DNA of 64,000 nt from Nocardioides sp. (GTDB lineage: Bacteria; Actinomycetota; Actinomycetes; Propionibacteriales; Nocardioidaceae), in contig NZ_JANINT010000014.1 in the NCBI RefSeq assembly GCF_024509035.1, positions 363 through 64,362 on the forward strand, written 5' to 3'. The notes beneath the pieces are model-generated. The model was not told the DNA's origin, searched no databases, and saw only the letters and a list, made by a program, of their open reading frames with translations. The translations under genes were made by a program, and so were the position numbers. Shown here piece after piece: positions 32,338 through 43,505 of the stretch. Within the stretch, counting starts at the first letter, position 1. Each line of letters starts with the position of its first letter.

Positions 32338-33354
32338 TCAGCCGACGCGGACGCGCGGGTCGATGACCGCGTACAGGACGTCGACGATGATGTTGGCCAC
32401 GATGACGAACGATCCGAGGAGCACCACGAGACCGATCAACGTCGGCAGGTCGTAGGAGACGTTGGCGTCCACGGCCAGCTTGCCCAGGCCGTTGAAGTTG
32501 AAGACGGACTCGGTGATGATCGCGCCGCCGAGGAGACCGGCGAAGTCGAGACCCGCCATGGTGACCAACGGTGTCAGCGCCGCACGCATCGTGTGCTTGA
32601 AGAGTACGGGCCCGCGCTTGAGTCCCTTGGCCCGGGCCGTGCGGATGTAGTCCTCGGTCATCGACTCGAGGACGAACGCGCGGGTCATCCGGACATAGCC
32701 CGCCATGAAGAACAGCGCGAGGGTCAAGGCAGGTAGGAAGAGGTTGCTCAGCCAGCCACCGACGCCGCCCTCGGCGATCGTGGTGTAGCTGGGCACGTCG
32801 ACCCAGCCCCACTTGATCGCGATGAACTTCAGGAGGAACAGGCCGATGAAGAAGGTGGGGAACGCATAGAACACCAGCGAGATGGCGACGATGCCCCGGT
32901 CGACGACCGTCCCCTTGGTGACCGCGGCTATCACCCCGAAGAGGATGCCGCCGACGATCCACATGATGAAGGCCAGCACGGCGAGCGAGGCGGAGACGGG
33001 GAAGGCCTCCTTGATCTCCTCCGAGACCGTCACCTGGTTGACGCGGGAGTAGCCGAGACAGGGAGCGGCACAGTCGGAGATGAGCTCGGGGGCCTTCTCG
33101 CGCAGCGACTTGTCCTCGGGGTACTCACGCCCCACGACGACGCCCTGGAGGAAGTCCGTCCACTGGGTGAGCGCGGGCTTGTCGTAGCCGAGCGCCTTCT
33201 CGGTCTGCTTGATCTGGGCGATGCTGCAGTTCTTGCCACACGCGACCCGGGCCGGGTCTTGCGGCATCAAGAAGAACAGCAGGAACGTCACGAGGCTCAT
33301 CACGATCAGCAGGATCACGCCGATGAAGAGCCGGCGAACGACGTACGCGAACAC
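32338..33354 (-). CDS. oligopeptide ABC permease (OppB/BldKC-like)
   Basis: EDYIRTARAKGL EAA loop, GGAIITESVF; start VFAYVVRR. Confidence 0.92.
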   Translation of the reverse strand: MFAYVVRRLFIGVILLIVMSLVTFLLFFLMPQDPARVACGKNCSIAQIKQTEKALGYDKPALTQWTDFLQGVVVGREYPEDKSLREKAPELISDCAAPCLGYSRVNQVTVSEEIKEAFPVSASLAVLAFIMWIVGGILFGVIAAVTKGTVVDRGIVAISLVFYAFPTFFIGLFLLKFIAIKWGWVDVPSYTTIAEGGVGGWLSNLFLPALTLALFFMAGYVRMTRAFVLESMTEDYIRTARAKGLKRGPVLFKHTMRAALTPLVTMAGLDFAGLLGGAIITESVFNFNGLGKLAVDANVSYDLPTLIGLVVLLGSFVIVANIIVDVLYAVIDPRVRVG

Positions 33355-33463
33355 GGAGGGACCACCTCGGGTCATGTCAGTGGGCGGAGGTGCTGGGTCA
33401 CAGCATCTCACCCTGGACGGAGGTGAGGGTGAGGACCCCTCGACGAGGCCCTCACCCCCGGTC

Positions 33464-33493
33464 GTCGGGCGGCCGCTCTCGCGGCCGCCCGAC
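33464..33493. terminator. hairpin after the substrate-binding protein gene (mRNA stabiliser/attenuator)
   Basis: 13-bp arms gtcgggcggccgc / gcggccgcccgac; a second weaker hairpin at about 33422-33456. Confidence 0.6.
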
Positions 33494-33530
33494 TCAGGTG
33501 TATCGAGTGTCTACCGGTTGACGGAGTCCG

Positions 33531-35288
33531 TCACTGCTCCACGCCGATGGGACCGAGGTCCGGGTACATCGACGAGGCCGGGGTGTTGACGTAGCCGGTC
33601 ACCTTCGAGCCGTGGAGGAAGAAGAACTGCGCGATCTCCAGCGGGATGTAGGCGACGTCCTTGCCGAGGACCTCGTCGGCCTTCTGCAGGGCGGCGGTCT
33701 GCGCGTCGACGTCGGCGGCGTTCGCAGCCTCGTCGACGAGCGCGTTGAACTCGTCGCTCTTGTAGGCGCCGTAGTCCTGGCCGTCGCTGTTCGCGGTCAG
33801 GTTCGGGCGGCTGTCGAAGAGCGGCGGGGTCACGGTGATGGCCGACGGCCAGTCGGAGCCCCAACCGGCCCACATGACGTCGCTGGTCTTGTCGGGCTGC
33901 TGCACGACGTCGTAGTAGGTGTCACCCAGCGGGTCGAGGGTCACGTCGAAGCCGGCCTGGTCCCAGGTCTCCTTCAGCGCCGCGGCCTGCTTGTCGGCGG
34001 TGTCCGACTGCGGGTAGGTGAACTTGATCGGGTAGGGCATCTGGACGCCAGCGTCCTCGAGCAGCTTCTTGGCAGCCTCGGGGTCACCGGCCTGCGGGCC
34101 GGAGAACGCCGGGTTGTCCTGGTAGCCGATCACGGCCGGGTTCACGATGGACTCGGCAGGCGCGTAGGCCTTCTCGCCACCACCGGCGGTGATCCAGCCC
34201 TCGGCGTTGGTCGCGACCTTGAGCGCCTCGCGGACCGCGGGCTCGGTGAGCCGGCGGAAGTTCGGCACCAGGTAGTCGACGTACGGCGACGGGACGAGGA
34301 CCGAACGGGCCTCGGCGTCACCGACGATCTGCGAGTAGTAGGCCGGGGGCACGCGCTGGCTGGTCACGGCGTACTGAGCGTCACCGGAGTCCTGGATCAG
34401 CTGGTCGTAGATCGTCTCGGTGGTCTGACCCACGTTGAACTCGATCTTGTCGGGGAGCGCCATCCGGATGTCGGTGGAGTCCGTCGAGGCGTCGTAGTTC
34501 TCGTTGCGGACGAACGTCGCGCCCTTGTTCTTGTTCCACATGCTGCCCTCGATCCGGTAAGGACCGTTGGAGAACATCTGGTAGTTGGACTTGGCGCCCT
34601 TGTCCTTGTCCTTGCGGTACGGGTCCATCATCGACAGGCTCGCGACGGCCAGGCCGAAGTCCGGCCACGGCTTGTTGAACTTGTAGGTGATGGTGTTGCC
34701 GTCGCAGGTGATCGCCTTGTCGAAGGCGGCCTGACCCTCCGGAGTGGAGTTGTAGGGGCCGGTGTAGATCGGCAGGCCCGTCGACTTGTCGGTGGGGACG
34801 TCGAGGTAGCTCAGGATGTAGTTGGGGCCACCGGTGATGACGTCGGTCGCGAACACGCGGGACGCGCCGTACTTGAAGTCCTCACACGTGATCGGCTGGC
34901 CGTCCTCCCACTTGACACCGTCCTTGATCGTGAACGACCACTGCGTGGCGTCCTCGTTCTTGGTGCCGGTGTCCGTCGCGAGGTCGGGGACCGGGGTGTT
35001 CGCGACCTCGGGGTCCTCGGAGATCGGGAACGCGACCAGGCTGCGGTAGATCGTGCGGCGGAAGTTCGTGAGCTCGACACCGACGTAGGTGCGCTGCGGG
35101 TCGACGTGCTCGTAGGGCGCGTAGATGTAGTAGTAGAGCGTCCCGCCGGCCTTGCTGTCGGCGCCCGGGTCGCTGCTGCCCGGGTTCGACGAACCGTCGC
35201 TGTCCGATCCACCCCCGCACGCGGCGAGCGTGGTCGCCAGGGCGATCGCAGCGGTGGCTGCGAACAACCGCTTTCGATACTTGACCAT
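33531..35288 (-). CDS. oligopeptide ABC substrate-binding lipoprotein (family 5, BldKB-like)
   Basis: Lipobox LAAC, FTIKDGVKWEDGQPITCEDFKY, GPY and WAGWGSDWP motifs. Confidence 0.93.
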   Translation of the reverse strand: MVKYRKRLFAATAAIALATTLAACGGGSDSDGSSNPGSSDPGADSKAGGTLYYYIYAPYEHVDPQRTYVGVELTNFRRTIYRSLVAFPISEDPEVANTPVPDLATDTGTKNEDATQWSFTIKDGVKWEDGQPITCEDFKYGASRVFATDVITGGPNYILSYLDVPTDKSTGLPIYTGPYNSTPEGQAAFDKAITCDGNTITYKFNKPWPDFGLAVASLSMMDPYRKDKDKGAKSNYQMFSNGPYRIEGSMWNKNKGATFVRNENYDASTDSTDIRMALPDKIEFNVGQTTETIYDQLIQDSGDAQYAVTSQRVPPAYYSQIVGDAEARSVLVPSPYVDYLVPNFRRLTEPAVREALKVATNAEGWITAGGGEKAYAPAESIVNPAVIGYQDNPAFSGPQAGDPEAAKKLLEDAGVQMPYPIKFTYPQSDTADKQAAALKETWDQAGFDVTLDPLGDTYYDVVQQPDKTSDVMWAGWGSDWPSAITVTPPLFDSRPNLTANSDGQDYGAYKSDEFNALVDEAANAADVDAQTAALQKADEVLGKDVAYIPLEIAQFFFLHGSKVTGYVNTPASSMYPDLGPIGVEQ

Positions 35289-35378
35289 TACTTCTCCTTG
35301 AGTGTGTGTCGCGCCTGGAGCGGCGGCACATTCAGCGGCTCTGTGCCGCCGAAGTCTGGGGGGTCCCCAGGCAGGGCC

Positions 35379-36401
35379 TCAACGGGCTGCCTTGGGGTCG
35401 AGCGCGTCGCGGATACCGTCACCGAGCAGGTTGAAGCTGACGACGATGACCATGATGAGGAAGGCCGGCGTGAAGAAGAACATGAAGTCGCCGATGGAGT
35501 AGTTGATCGAGCTGCGCAGGATGTTGCCCAGCGTCGGCGTCGGCGGGTTGATGCCCACCCCGAGGAAGCTCAGCGCGGCCTCCGCGGAGATATAGGCCGG
35601 CATGGTGAGCGTGAAGGTGACCAGCAGCGGCGCCCACAGGTTGGGCAGGATCTCCTTGAAGTAGATCCGGCGCCGCGAGGCCCCGATCAGCACGGCGGCG
35701 TCGACGAACTCGCGCTCGCGCACCGAGAGCACCTGGCCGCGGATGATGCGGGCGATGCCGGGCCAGCCGAACAGTCCGAGCACCAAGACGACGTAGAACC
35801 CGTTCGGGATGTCGTCGGACTCACCACCCGGCAGGAACTCCGCGACGGTCGCCACGCCCATGCTCGAGAGCGCGAGCAGCATCAGCGTCTGCGGGAAGGA
35901 CAGCGTCAGGTCGATCGCGCGACCGATGATCGCGTCGACCCAGCCACCGGAGAAGCCGGAGATGATGCCCATCACCGTGCCGATGGTGATCGCGAGGATC
36001 GTCGCCGAGAGCGCGATGCTCAGCGAGAACGTGATGCCGAAGATCACCCGCGAGAGCACGTCGCGTCCGGTGCCCGGCTCGACGCCGAGCGGGTGGTCCC
36101 AGCTGATGCCGCCCCACGCGCCCTTGGGCAGCGTGTTGGCGTCGAGCAGGCTGTCCTTGCCCTGGTTGTGCAGCGTCGTGGGGTCCAGGACCCCGAAGTG
36201 GACGAGGAACGGTGCGGCGATGCCGACCAAGAGGTACACCACGACCACGGTGAACGAGATCATCGACAGCTTGTCGCGACGGAACCGGTCCATCGCGAGC
36301 TTGGTCGGGGACTTGCCGGCGATCTTGCTCGGCTCCCCCTCGGGGGCACCGGCCGGATCGGGCAGGTGTTCGCTCTCCAGGTTGGAGGCCTGAACAGTCA
36401 T
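35379..36401 (-). CDS. oligopeptide ABC permease (OppC/BldKA-like)
   Basis: HPLGVEPGTGRDVLSR, REREFVDAA, EAALSFLG, FNLLGDGIRDALDP. Confidence 0.92.
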   Translation of the reverse strand: MTVQASNLESEHLPDPAGAPEGEPSKIAGKSPTKLAMDRFRRDKLSMISFTVVVVYLLVGIAAPFLVHFGVLDPTTLHNQGKDSLLDANTLPKGAWGGISWDHPLGVEPGTGRDVLSRVIFGITFSLSIALSATILAITIGTVMGIISGFSGGWVDAIIGRAIDLTLSFPQTLMLLALSSMGVATVAEFLPGGESDDIPNGFYVVLVLGLFGWPGIARIIRGQVLSVREREFVDAAVLIGASRRRIYFKEILPNLWAPLLVTFTLTMPAYISAEAALSFLGVGINPPTPTLGNILRSSINYSIGDFMFFFTPAFLIMVIVVSFNLLGDGIRDALDPKAAR

Positions 36402-36563
36402 GTCACCTCTGTCTTGTCGGGTGTGCTGTCCGTCGGTTCTGGGGCCCGGATCACGAGCACCGGAGGGCCGGCGACGCGTCGGACTCTATGTGACGCCAGC
36501 GCATCAAAGGGTCTACTGCGTGTAACGATCTGGTCTCGACGGGTTCGCTTCCCGTCCTTTCGA

Positions 36564-38332
<1,769 letters not shown>

Positions 38333-38336
<4 letters not shown>

Positions 38337-39700
38337 TGATTCGTCTCCTGTGCTTCGTTGGTCGAGCTCGTCGAGACCACCTGCGGGCGCAGGTCGACCT
38401 CGGGCGGGGCCCACGCGGCGGGATCGGCCGCCACCTGGTCCCCCGACCGGATGTCCTTGACCTCGTGGTCACCGTCGGCGGACGGGAACCACACGTACGG
38501 GATGCCGCGACGCTCTGCGTAGCGGATCTGCTTGCCGAACTTCTGGGCGCTGGCGGCGACCTCGCACGGGATGCCGCGGGCGCGCAGCGCGCTGGCGACC
38601 GACTCGCTGACTGGCCGCGACTCCTCGGTCACGACGGCGACCACGACTGCGCTGGGCACCTTGCGGGTGGCGGCGAGGCCCGTGCGGGCCATGAGGGGCA
38701 CGACGACGCGGCTGACGCCCAGGGAGATGCCGACCCCCGGGTAGGTCGTTCGCCCGTCGGTCGCGAGCGCGTCGTAGCGTCCGCCGGAGCAGATCGACCC
38801 CATCGACTCGTAGCCGTCGAGCCGGGTCTCGAAGACCGTCCCCGTGTAGTAGTCGAGCCCGCGGGCGATCGAGAGGTCCGCCTCGACGCGCACCCGGTCG
38901 CTGACCAGGTCGGTGACCGAGCGCACCAGCTGGGCGAGCTCGTCGAGGCCCTCCTCGAGCAGCGGGTGCTCGACGCCGAGGGCGCGGACGGCCTCGACGA
39001 AGGAGTCGTCGGCGGAGCGGATGGTCGCGAGGGCCAGCACCCGGTCGGCCGTCGGCTCGTCGACCCCGGCCTCGGTCAGGAGCATCGTGCGCACCTTCTC
39101 GACCGGCAGCTTGTCGAGCTTGTCGACGACCCGCATCACCTCATCGGTGTCGGTGACGCCCAGCCCGGCGTAGAAGCCCTGGATCAGCTTGCGGTTGTTG
39201 ACCTGCAGCCGGAAGCCGGGCAGGAAGGAGAGTCGGCCCAGGGCGTCGACCATGACGCGAGTGACCTCCACGTCGTGGTGGAAGGGCAGGTCGTCGCGGC
39301 CGATGATGTCGATGTCGGCCTGGGTGAACTCGCGGTAGCGGCCCTCCTGCGGCCGCTCACCTCGCCATGCCTTCTGGATCTGGTAGCGGCGGAACGGGAA
39401 CTCCAGCTTGCCGGCGTTCTCCAGCACGTAGCGCGCGAAGGGCACGGTGAGGTCGAAGTGCAGGCCGATGCCGGCGTGGCCCTCCGCCGACTCCTCGTGG
39501 AGGCGACGTAGGAGGTAGACCTCCTTGGAGGTGTCGCCCTTGCGCAGCAGCTGGTCGAGGGGCTCGACCGCGCGGGTCTCGATGCCGGCGAAGCCATAGA
39601 GCTCGAAGGTGGCGCGCAGCGTGTCGACGACCTGCTGCTCGACGTACCGCTGCTCGGGCAGCAGCTCGGGGAACCCGCTCAGCGGGGTGGGCTTGGTCAT
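38333..39700 (-). CDS. hisS: histidine--tRNA ligase
   Basis: [35 protein letters not shown] and SGGRYD motifs. Confidence 0.96.
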
Positions 39701-39714
39701 GCTCTGCGATGTCC

Positions 39715-40386
39715 TCAGAGGTCCTGGAGATAGGGGTTGGTCGCGCGCTCGCGCCCGATGGAGGTCTGCTCGCCGTGCCCCGGCAGCACGACCACGTCGT
39801 CGGCGAGGGGCAGCACCTTGGTCTTGAGGCTCTGGAGCATCGTCGCGTGGTCGCCGCCCGGCAGGTCGGTCCGCCCGATCGAGCCGGCGAAGAGCAGGTC
39901 GCCGGAGAACATGACCTCCGAGACGTCCTCGCGGTCGTACGGCGAGCGGAACGTCACCGAGCCGCGGGTGTGGCCCGGAGCGTGGTCGACCACGAAGCGC
40001 AGGCCCGCGAGCTCCAGCTCCTGCAGGTCGGCGAGCTCGCGGACGTCGTCGGGCTCGGCGAACTCGTAGCCGCCACCGAGCAGCATCTGTGCGGTGTCGG
40101 GCGACATGCCGGCCGTCGGGTCGGAGAGCAGATGCCGGTCCGCGGGGTGCACCCACGCCGTGGCGTCGTAGGAGCCGGCCACCGGGGCCACAGACCACAT
40201 GTGGTCGACGTGACCGTGGGTCACCAGCACGGCCACCGGCTTGAGCCGGTGCTCGCGGATCACCTGCGCCACGCCCTCCGTGGCGTCCATGCCGGGGTCG
40301 ATGACGACGCACTCGCTGCCCGGCCCGGTGGCGGCCACGTAGCAGTTCGTGCCCCACGGGCCCGCGGGGAATCCGGCGATCAACAC
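39715..40386 (-). CDS. MBL-fold metallo-hydrolase (glyoxalase II-like)
   Basis: THGHVDH, PGHT, FSGD and PGHG motifs; -10 TAGTCT 6 nt before the start. Confidence 0.9.
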   Translation of the reverse strand: MLIAGFPAGPWGTNCYVAATGPGSECVVIDPGMDATEGVAQVIREHRLKPVAVLVTHGHVDHMWSVAPVAGSYDATAWVHPADRHLLSDPTAGMSPDTAQMLLGGGYEFAEPDDVRELADLQELELAGLRFVVDHAPGHTRGSVTFRSPYDREDVSEVMFSGDLLFAGSIGRTDLPGGDHATMLQSLKTKVLPLADDVVVLPGHGEQTSIGRERATNPYLQDL

Positions 40387-40410
40387 CCCGGCAGACTATC
40401 GAGCGCGCCG

Positions 40411-40440
40411 CGCAGGCGCCGCACCGGTGCGACGCCTGCG
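40411..40440. terminator. hairpin downstream of the protease gene
   Basis: cgcaggcg...cgcctgcg outer stem enclosing cgcac/gtgcg. Confidence 0.5.
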
Positions 40441-40474
40441 ACTCCGGCGCGGCCTGCGCGCGAGCGGCGGGCCC

Positions 40475-41980
40475 TCAGGCCAGAGGGTGGCCACAGTTCG
40501 TGCAGAACCGCGTGCCGGGCTCGGCTGGCTCCCCGCAGCTGCCGCAGAAGTGCGGCTCGTGGACCGGGGCGCTGGGAGGCATCTGGGCCACTGGCGGACC
40601 CGAGAATCCGAGGGGCACAGCCGGAGGCCCGGCGGGAGGTCCGGCGGGAGGTCCGGCAGGAGGTCCTCCTGCCGGGATGAGCGGCGGCGGGAACGCCGTC
40701 AGCGGGCTGGGGGCGCCGGGGGCCGTGGTCGCCGGTGACACCGGCGCTGGGGTGCCGCTCGGGGCGGTCCGGCCGCGGCGCCGCAGCAGGACCACCAGCA
40801 CCACGACGCCCACGCCGACCGCGACGGCTGCCACGCTGCCGAGGACGATGGGGACCAGTGGCAGGTCCGAGTCGCCCTCCTTCACCGGCGGCTCGGGGAG
40901 CGCCTCGGCCTTGTCGAGGTACTCGGCCGCGAGCTCGTTGCTCGGCTGGTCGTCCACCACGGCCGCGAGCTTCGCCACCGCGGTCTCCTTGTCGCCGTTC
41001 CAGTACGCCGCGAGCCCGTCGCGATAGGCGATGGTGGTGTCGCTCATCAGGTTCTCGACACCGGCACCGGCCAACAGCTCGGCCAGCTGCGAGGACGGAC
41101 GCACGAAGTTGAACGGCTGGCTCTCACCGACGATGCCGAAGCTGTTGACACCGACGACATTGCCGTCGAGGTCCACGGTGGGTCCCCCGCTCATGCCGCC
41201 CGAGACCGCCGCCGAGATCTCGTAGACCGGCAGGATGCCACCCTGCACGGTCTTGACCGAGCTGATCGAGCCGTCCTTGAAGCTCGGGGTCAGGTCCGGA
41301 TCGGTCACGCTGTCGACCGAGGCCGGGTAGCCGATCGAGACCACCTCCGTGCCCACGTCGACGTCCGCATCCGACAGGGGCAGGGCGTTGAGCCCGGTGG
41401 CCTCCACCTTGAGCAGGGCGACGTCGCCGGCGTCGGCCGCGCGGAAGCCGACGACCCGCGCTCGGCGTACCTCCGCGGTCTGGATGCCGGAGGCAGCTGC
41501 ACCCCACCCGACCTGGATGACGAGGTCGGCTCGGTTGACCTCGTCCATCGTCTCGACGCGGTAGTCCTGGAACCCGACGATGTCCTCCACGGTCAGCGTC
41601 GAGCTGAGGTAGTAGCCGTTGTCGACCGCCCACTGCGCGGCTGTCTCGAAGAACGCAGGCTTCACCTCGTCGAGGTCGACGCAGTGCCCGGCGGTGGCGA
41701 TGTAGCCGTCGGGGTGGACGACGAAGCCGGTGCACTGGAACGAGAGCTCGAACTGCTGACCTCCGTTGAGGTAGGTCTTGTTGGCCTTGTCGAAGATGTA
41801 GGCGGCCCAGTCCTGCTGCAGGTAGACGATGCTGGGCTGCACCAAGGCGTCGACGCGCTCGAGGGGCGACTCCTCCTCCGGTGGAGCGCCCGCGTGGGCG
41901 GGCCCGACTCCCAGGGCCGCAAGTCCCACGAGAGCGGCCAGACCACTCGAGACGAGGATGCTGTGAAGACGGCTGAACAT
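40475..41980 (-). CDS. secreted, membrane-anchored trypsin-like serine protease with cytoplasmic Pro-rich linker and zinc ribbon
   Basis: Signal peptide ending AHA; triad motifs TAGHC / DVALLKV / GMSGGP; TM segment; GPPA repeats; CGSC...CTNC. Confidence 0.85.
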   Translation of the reverse strand: MFSRLHSILVSSGLAALVGLAALGVGPAHAGAPPEEESPLERVDALVQPSIVYLQQDWAAYIFDKANKTYLNGGQQFELSFQCTGFVVHPDGYIATAGHCVDLDEVKPAFFETAAQWAVDNGYYLSSTLTVEDIVGFQDYRVETMDEVNRADLVIQVGWGAAASGIQTAEVRRARVVGFRAADAGDVALLKVEATGLNALPLSDADVDVGTEVVSIGYPASVDSVTDPDLTPSFKDGSISSVKTVQGGILPVYEISAAVSGGMSGGPTVDLDGNVVGVNSFGIVGESQPFNFVRPSSQLAELLAGAGVENLMSDTTIAYRDGLAAYWNGDKETAVAKLAAVVDDQPSNELAAEYLDKAEALPEPPVKEGDSDLPLVPIVLGSVAAVAVGVGVVVLVVLLRRRGRTAPSGTPAPVSPATTAPGAPSPLTAFPPPLIPAGGPPAGPPAGPPAGPPAVPLGFSGPPVAQMPPSAPVHEPHFCGSCGEPAEPGTRFCTNCGHPLA

Positions 41981-42157
41981 GTCGACCCCTCCCTGCCCTC
42001 GGGATGAGACTCTCCTGTTCGACGCTAGGCGGCGGCGCCTCCGGAGGGCAGAGTCGGTGGTCCCGTGGCGCCCAGGCACACCGTCCTGACACCCGGACAC
42101 GGCGTGCGTCGGTAGCATGGCTGCCTGCGTCCGTCCGTCGAGCGAAGAGGATTACCA

Positions 42158-43387
42158 GTGACGAGCCATGAATGGGGTCGTGTCGCGGACGACGGGACGG
42201 TCTTCGTCAAGACCGCCGACGGCGAGCGGTCGGTCGGTCAGTACCCCGAGGGCACGCCTGACGAGGCGCTGAAGTTCTTCACCGAGCGCTACGCCGCGCT
42301 CGCGTTCGAGGTGGAGCTCCTGGAGAAGCGGATCCAGTCCGGCGTGATGTCGCCCGACGAGGCCGCCGGCTCTGTGAAGACCGTGCGCACGCAGGTCGAC
42401 GAGGCCAAGGCCGTCGGCGACCTGGCCGCCCTCACCGCGCGGCTCGACGCCCTCGCGCCGATCCTCGAGCAGCAGCGCGAGGCCCGCAAGGCGGAGCGCG
42501 CTCAGCGGGCTGCCGAGTCGCGTGCCGGCAAGGAGCGGATCGTCGGCGAGGCCGAGAAGCTCGCCGAGGGCAGCGACTGGCGCCACGGTGCCAACCGGAT
42601 GCGCGAGCTGCTCGACGAGTGGAAGGCGCTCCCCCGCATCGACCGCGCCTCCGACGACGCGCTCTGGCGGCGCTTCTCGACCGCGCGGACGGCGTACACG
42701 CGCCGGCGCAAGGCGCACTTCGCCGAGCAGCACGAGAAGCGGGACGCCGCCCGCGCCGTCAAGGAGCGGCTCGCCGCCGAGGCCGAGGAGCTGGCGACCT
42801 CCACCGAGTGGGGGCCGACCGCCGGTCGCTACCGCGACCTCATGCGGCAGTGGAAGGCCGCCGGACCCGCGCCCCGCGACGTCGACGACGCCCTCTGGAA
42901 GCGCTTCCGCGGCGCCCAGGACGCCTTCTTCGGTGCCCGTGACGCGGCCGCGGCCGAGCAGGACCAGGAGTTCGCGGCCAACGCCGAGGTCAAGGAGCGG
43001 CTGCTCGTCGAGGCCGAGGCGCTGGTGCCGGTCACCGACATCGATGCCGCCAAGCGCGCCTTCCGCGACATCGCCGAGCGGTGGGACGCCGCCGGCAAGG
43101 TCCCGCGGGACCGGATGAAGGAGCTCGAGGGCCGCATCCGCAAGGTCGAGCAGGAGATCCGTGGCGTCGAGGAGGAGCAGTGGCGCCGCTCCGACCCGGA
43201 GAAGTCCGCTCGCGCCGACGACATGGTCTCCAAGCTCGAGGCCGCCATCGCCCAGGTCGAGGCCGACCTGGAGAAGGCACGCGCCGCAGGCAACGAGAAG
43301 AAGATCAAGGAGCTCGAGGACAACCTCGCCTCCCGCCAGATGTTCCTCGAGACCGCCAAGCGAGCCAGCGCCGACTTCGGCGGTTGA
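42158..43387 (+). CDS. DUF349 domain protein
   Basis: WGRVADDGTVFV N-terminus and repeated K..L..EAE.L.....W......L...WK..G...D..LW.RF units; typical neighbour of rel. Confidence 0.88.
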   Translation: MTSHEWGRVADDGTVFVKTADGERSVGQYPEGTPDEALKFFTERYAALAFEVELLEKRIQSGVMSPDEAAGSVKTVRTQVDEAKAVGDLAALTARLDALAPILEQQREARKAERAQRAAESRAGKERIVGEAEKLAEGSDWRHGANRMRELLDEWKALPRIDRASDDALWRRFSTARTAYTRRRKAHFAEQHEKRDAARAVKERLAAEAEELATSTEWGPTAGRYRDLMRQWKAAGPAPRDVDDALWKRFRGAQDAFFGARDAAAAEQDQEFAANAEVKERLLVEAEALVPVTDIDAAKRAFRDIAERWDAAGKVPRDRMKELEGRIRKVEQEIRGVEEEQWRRSDPEKSARADDMVSKLEAAIAQVEADLEKARAAGNEKKIKELEDNLASRQMFLETAKRASADFGG

Positions 43388-43395
43388 GGGCGGCG

Positions 43396-43467
43396 GGGCG
43401 AGGTACGAGCCCGGCAGACCTCACGGAGGAGGGCGAGCAAGCCCCGCGACCGAGGAACGAGGTCGCG
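43396..43467. repeat. branched hairpin cluster with repeated GAGG(T/A)ACGA loops between convergent DUF349 and rel
   Basis: gggc-gaggtacga-gccc, gggc-gagcaa-gccc and cgcgacc-gaggaacga-ggtcgcg. Confidence 0.6.
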
Positions 43468-43505
43468 ACGGGCGGGTCGAGGCCCGGTGAGCGAAGAAAC
43501 GGCCC

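Noticed and set aside
36489-36504. CRP-like site upstream of the peptide ABC operon
   Set aside because: Only the TGTGA half is present; the second half (CGCAT) does not match.
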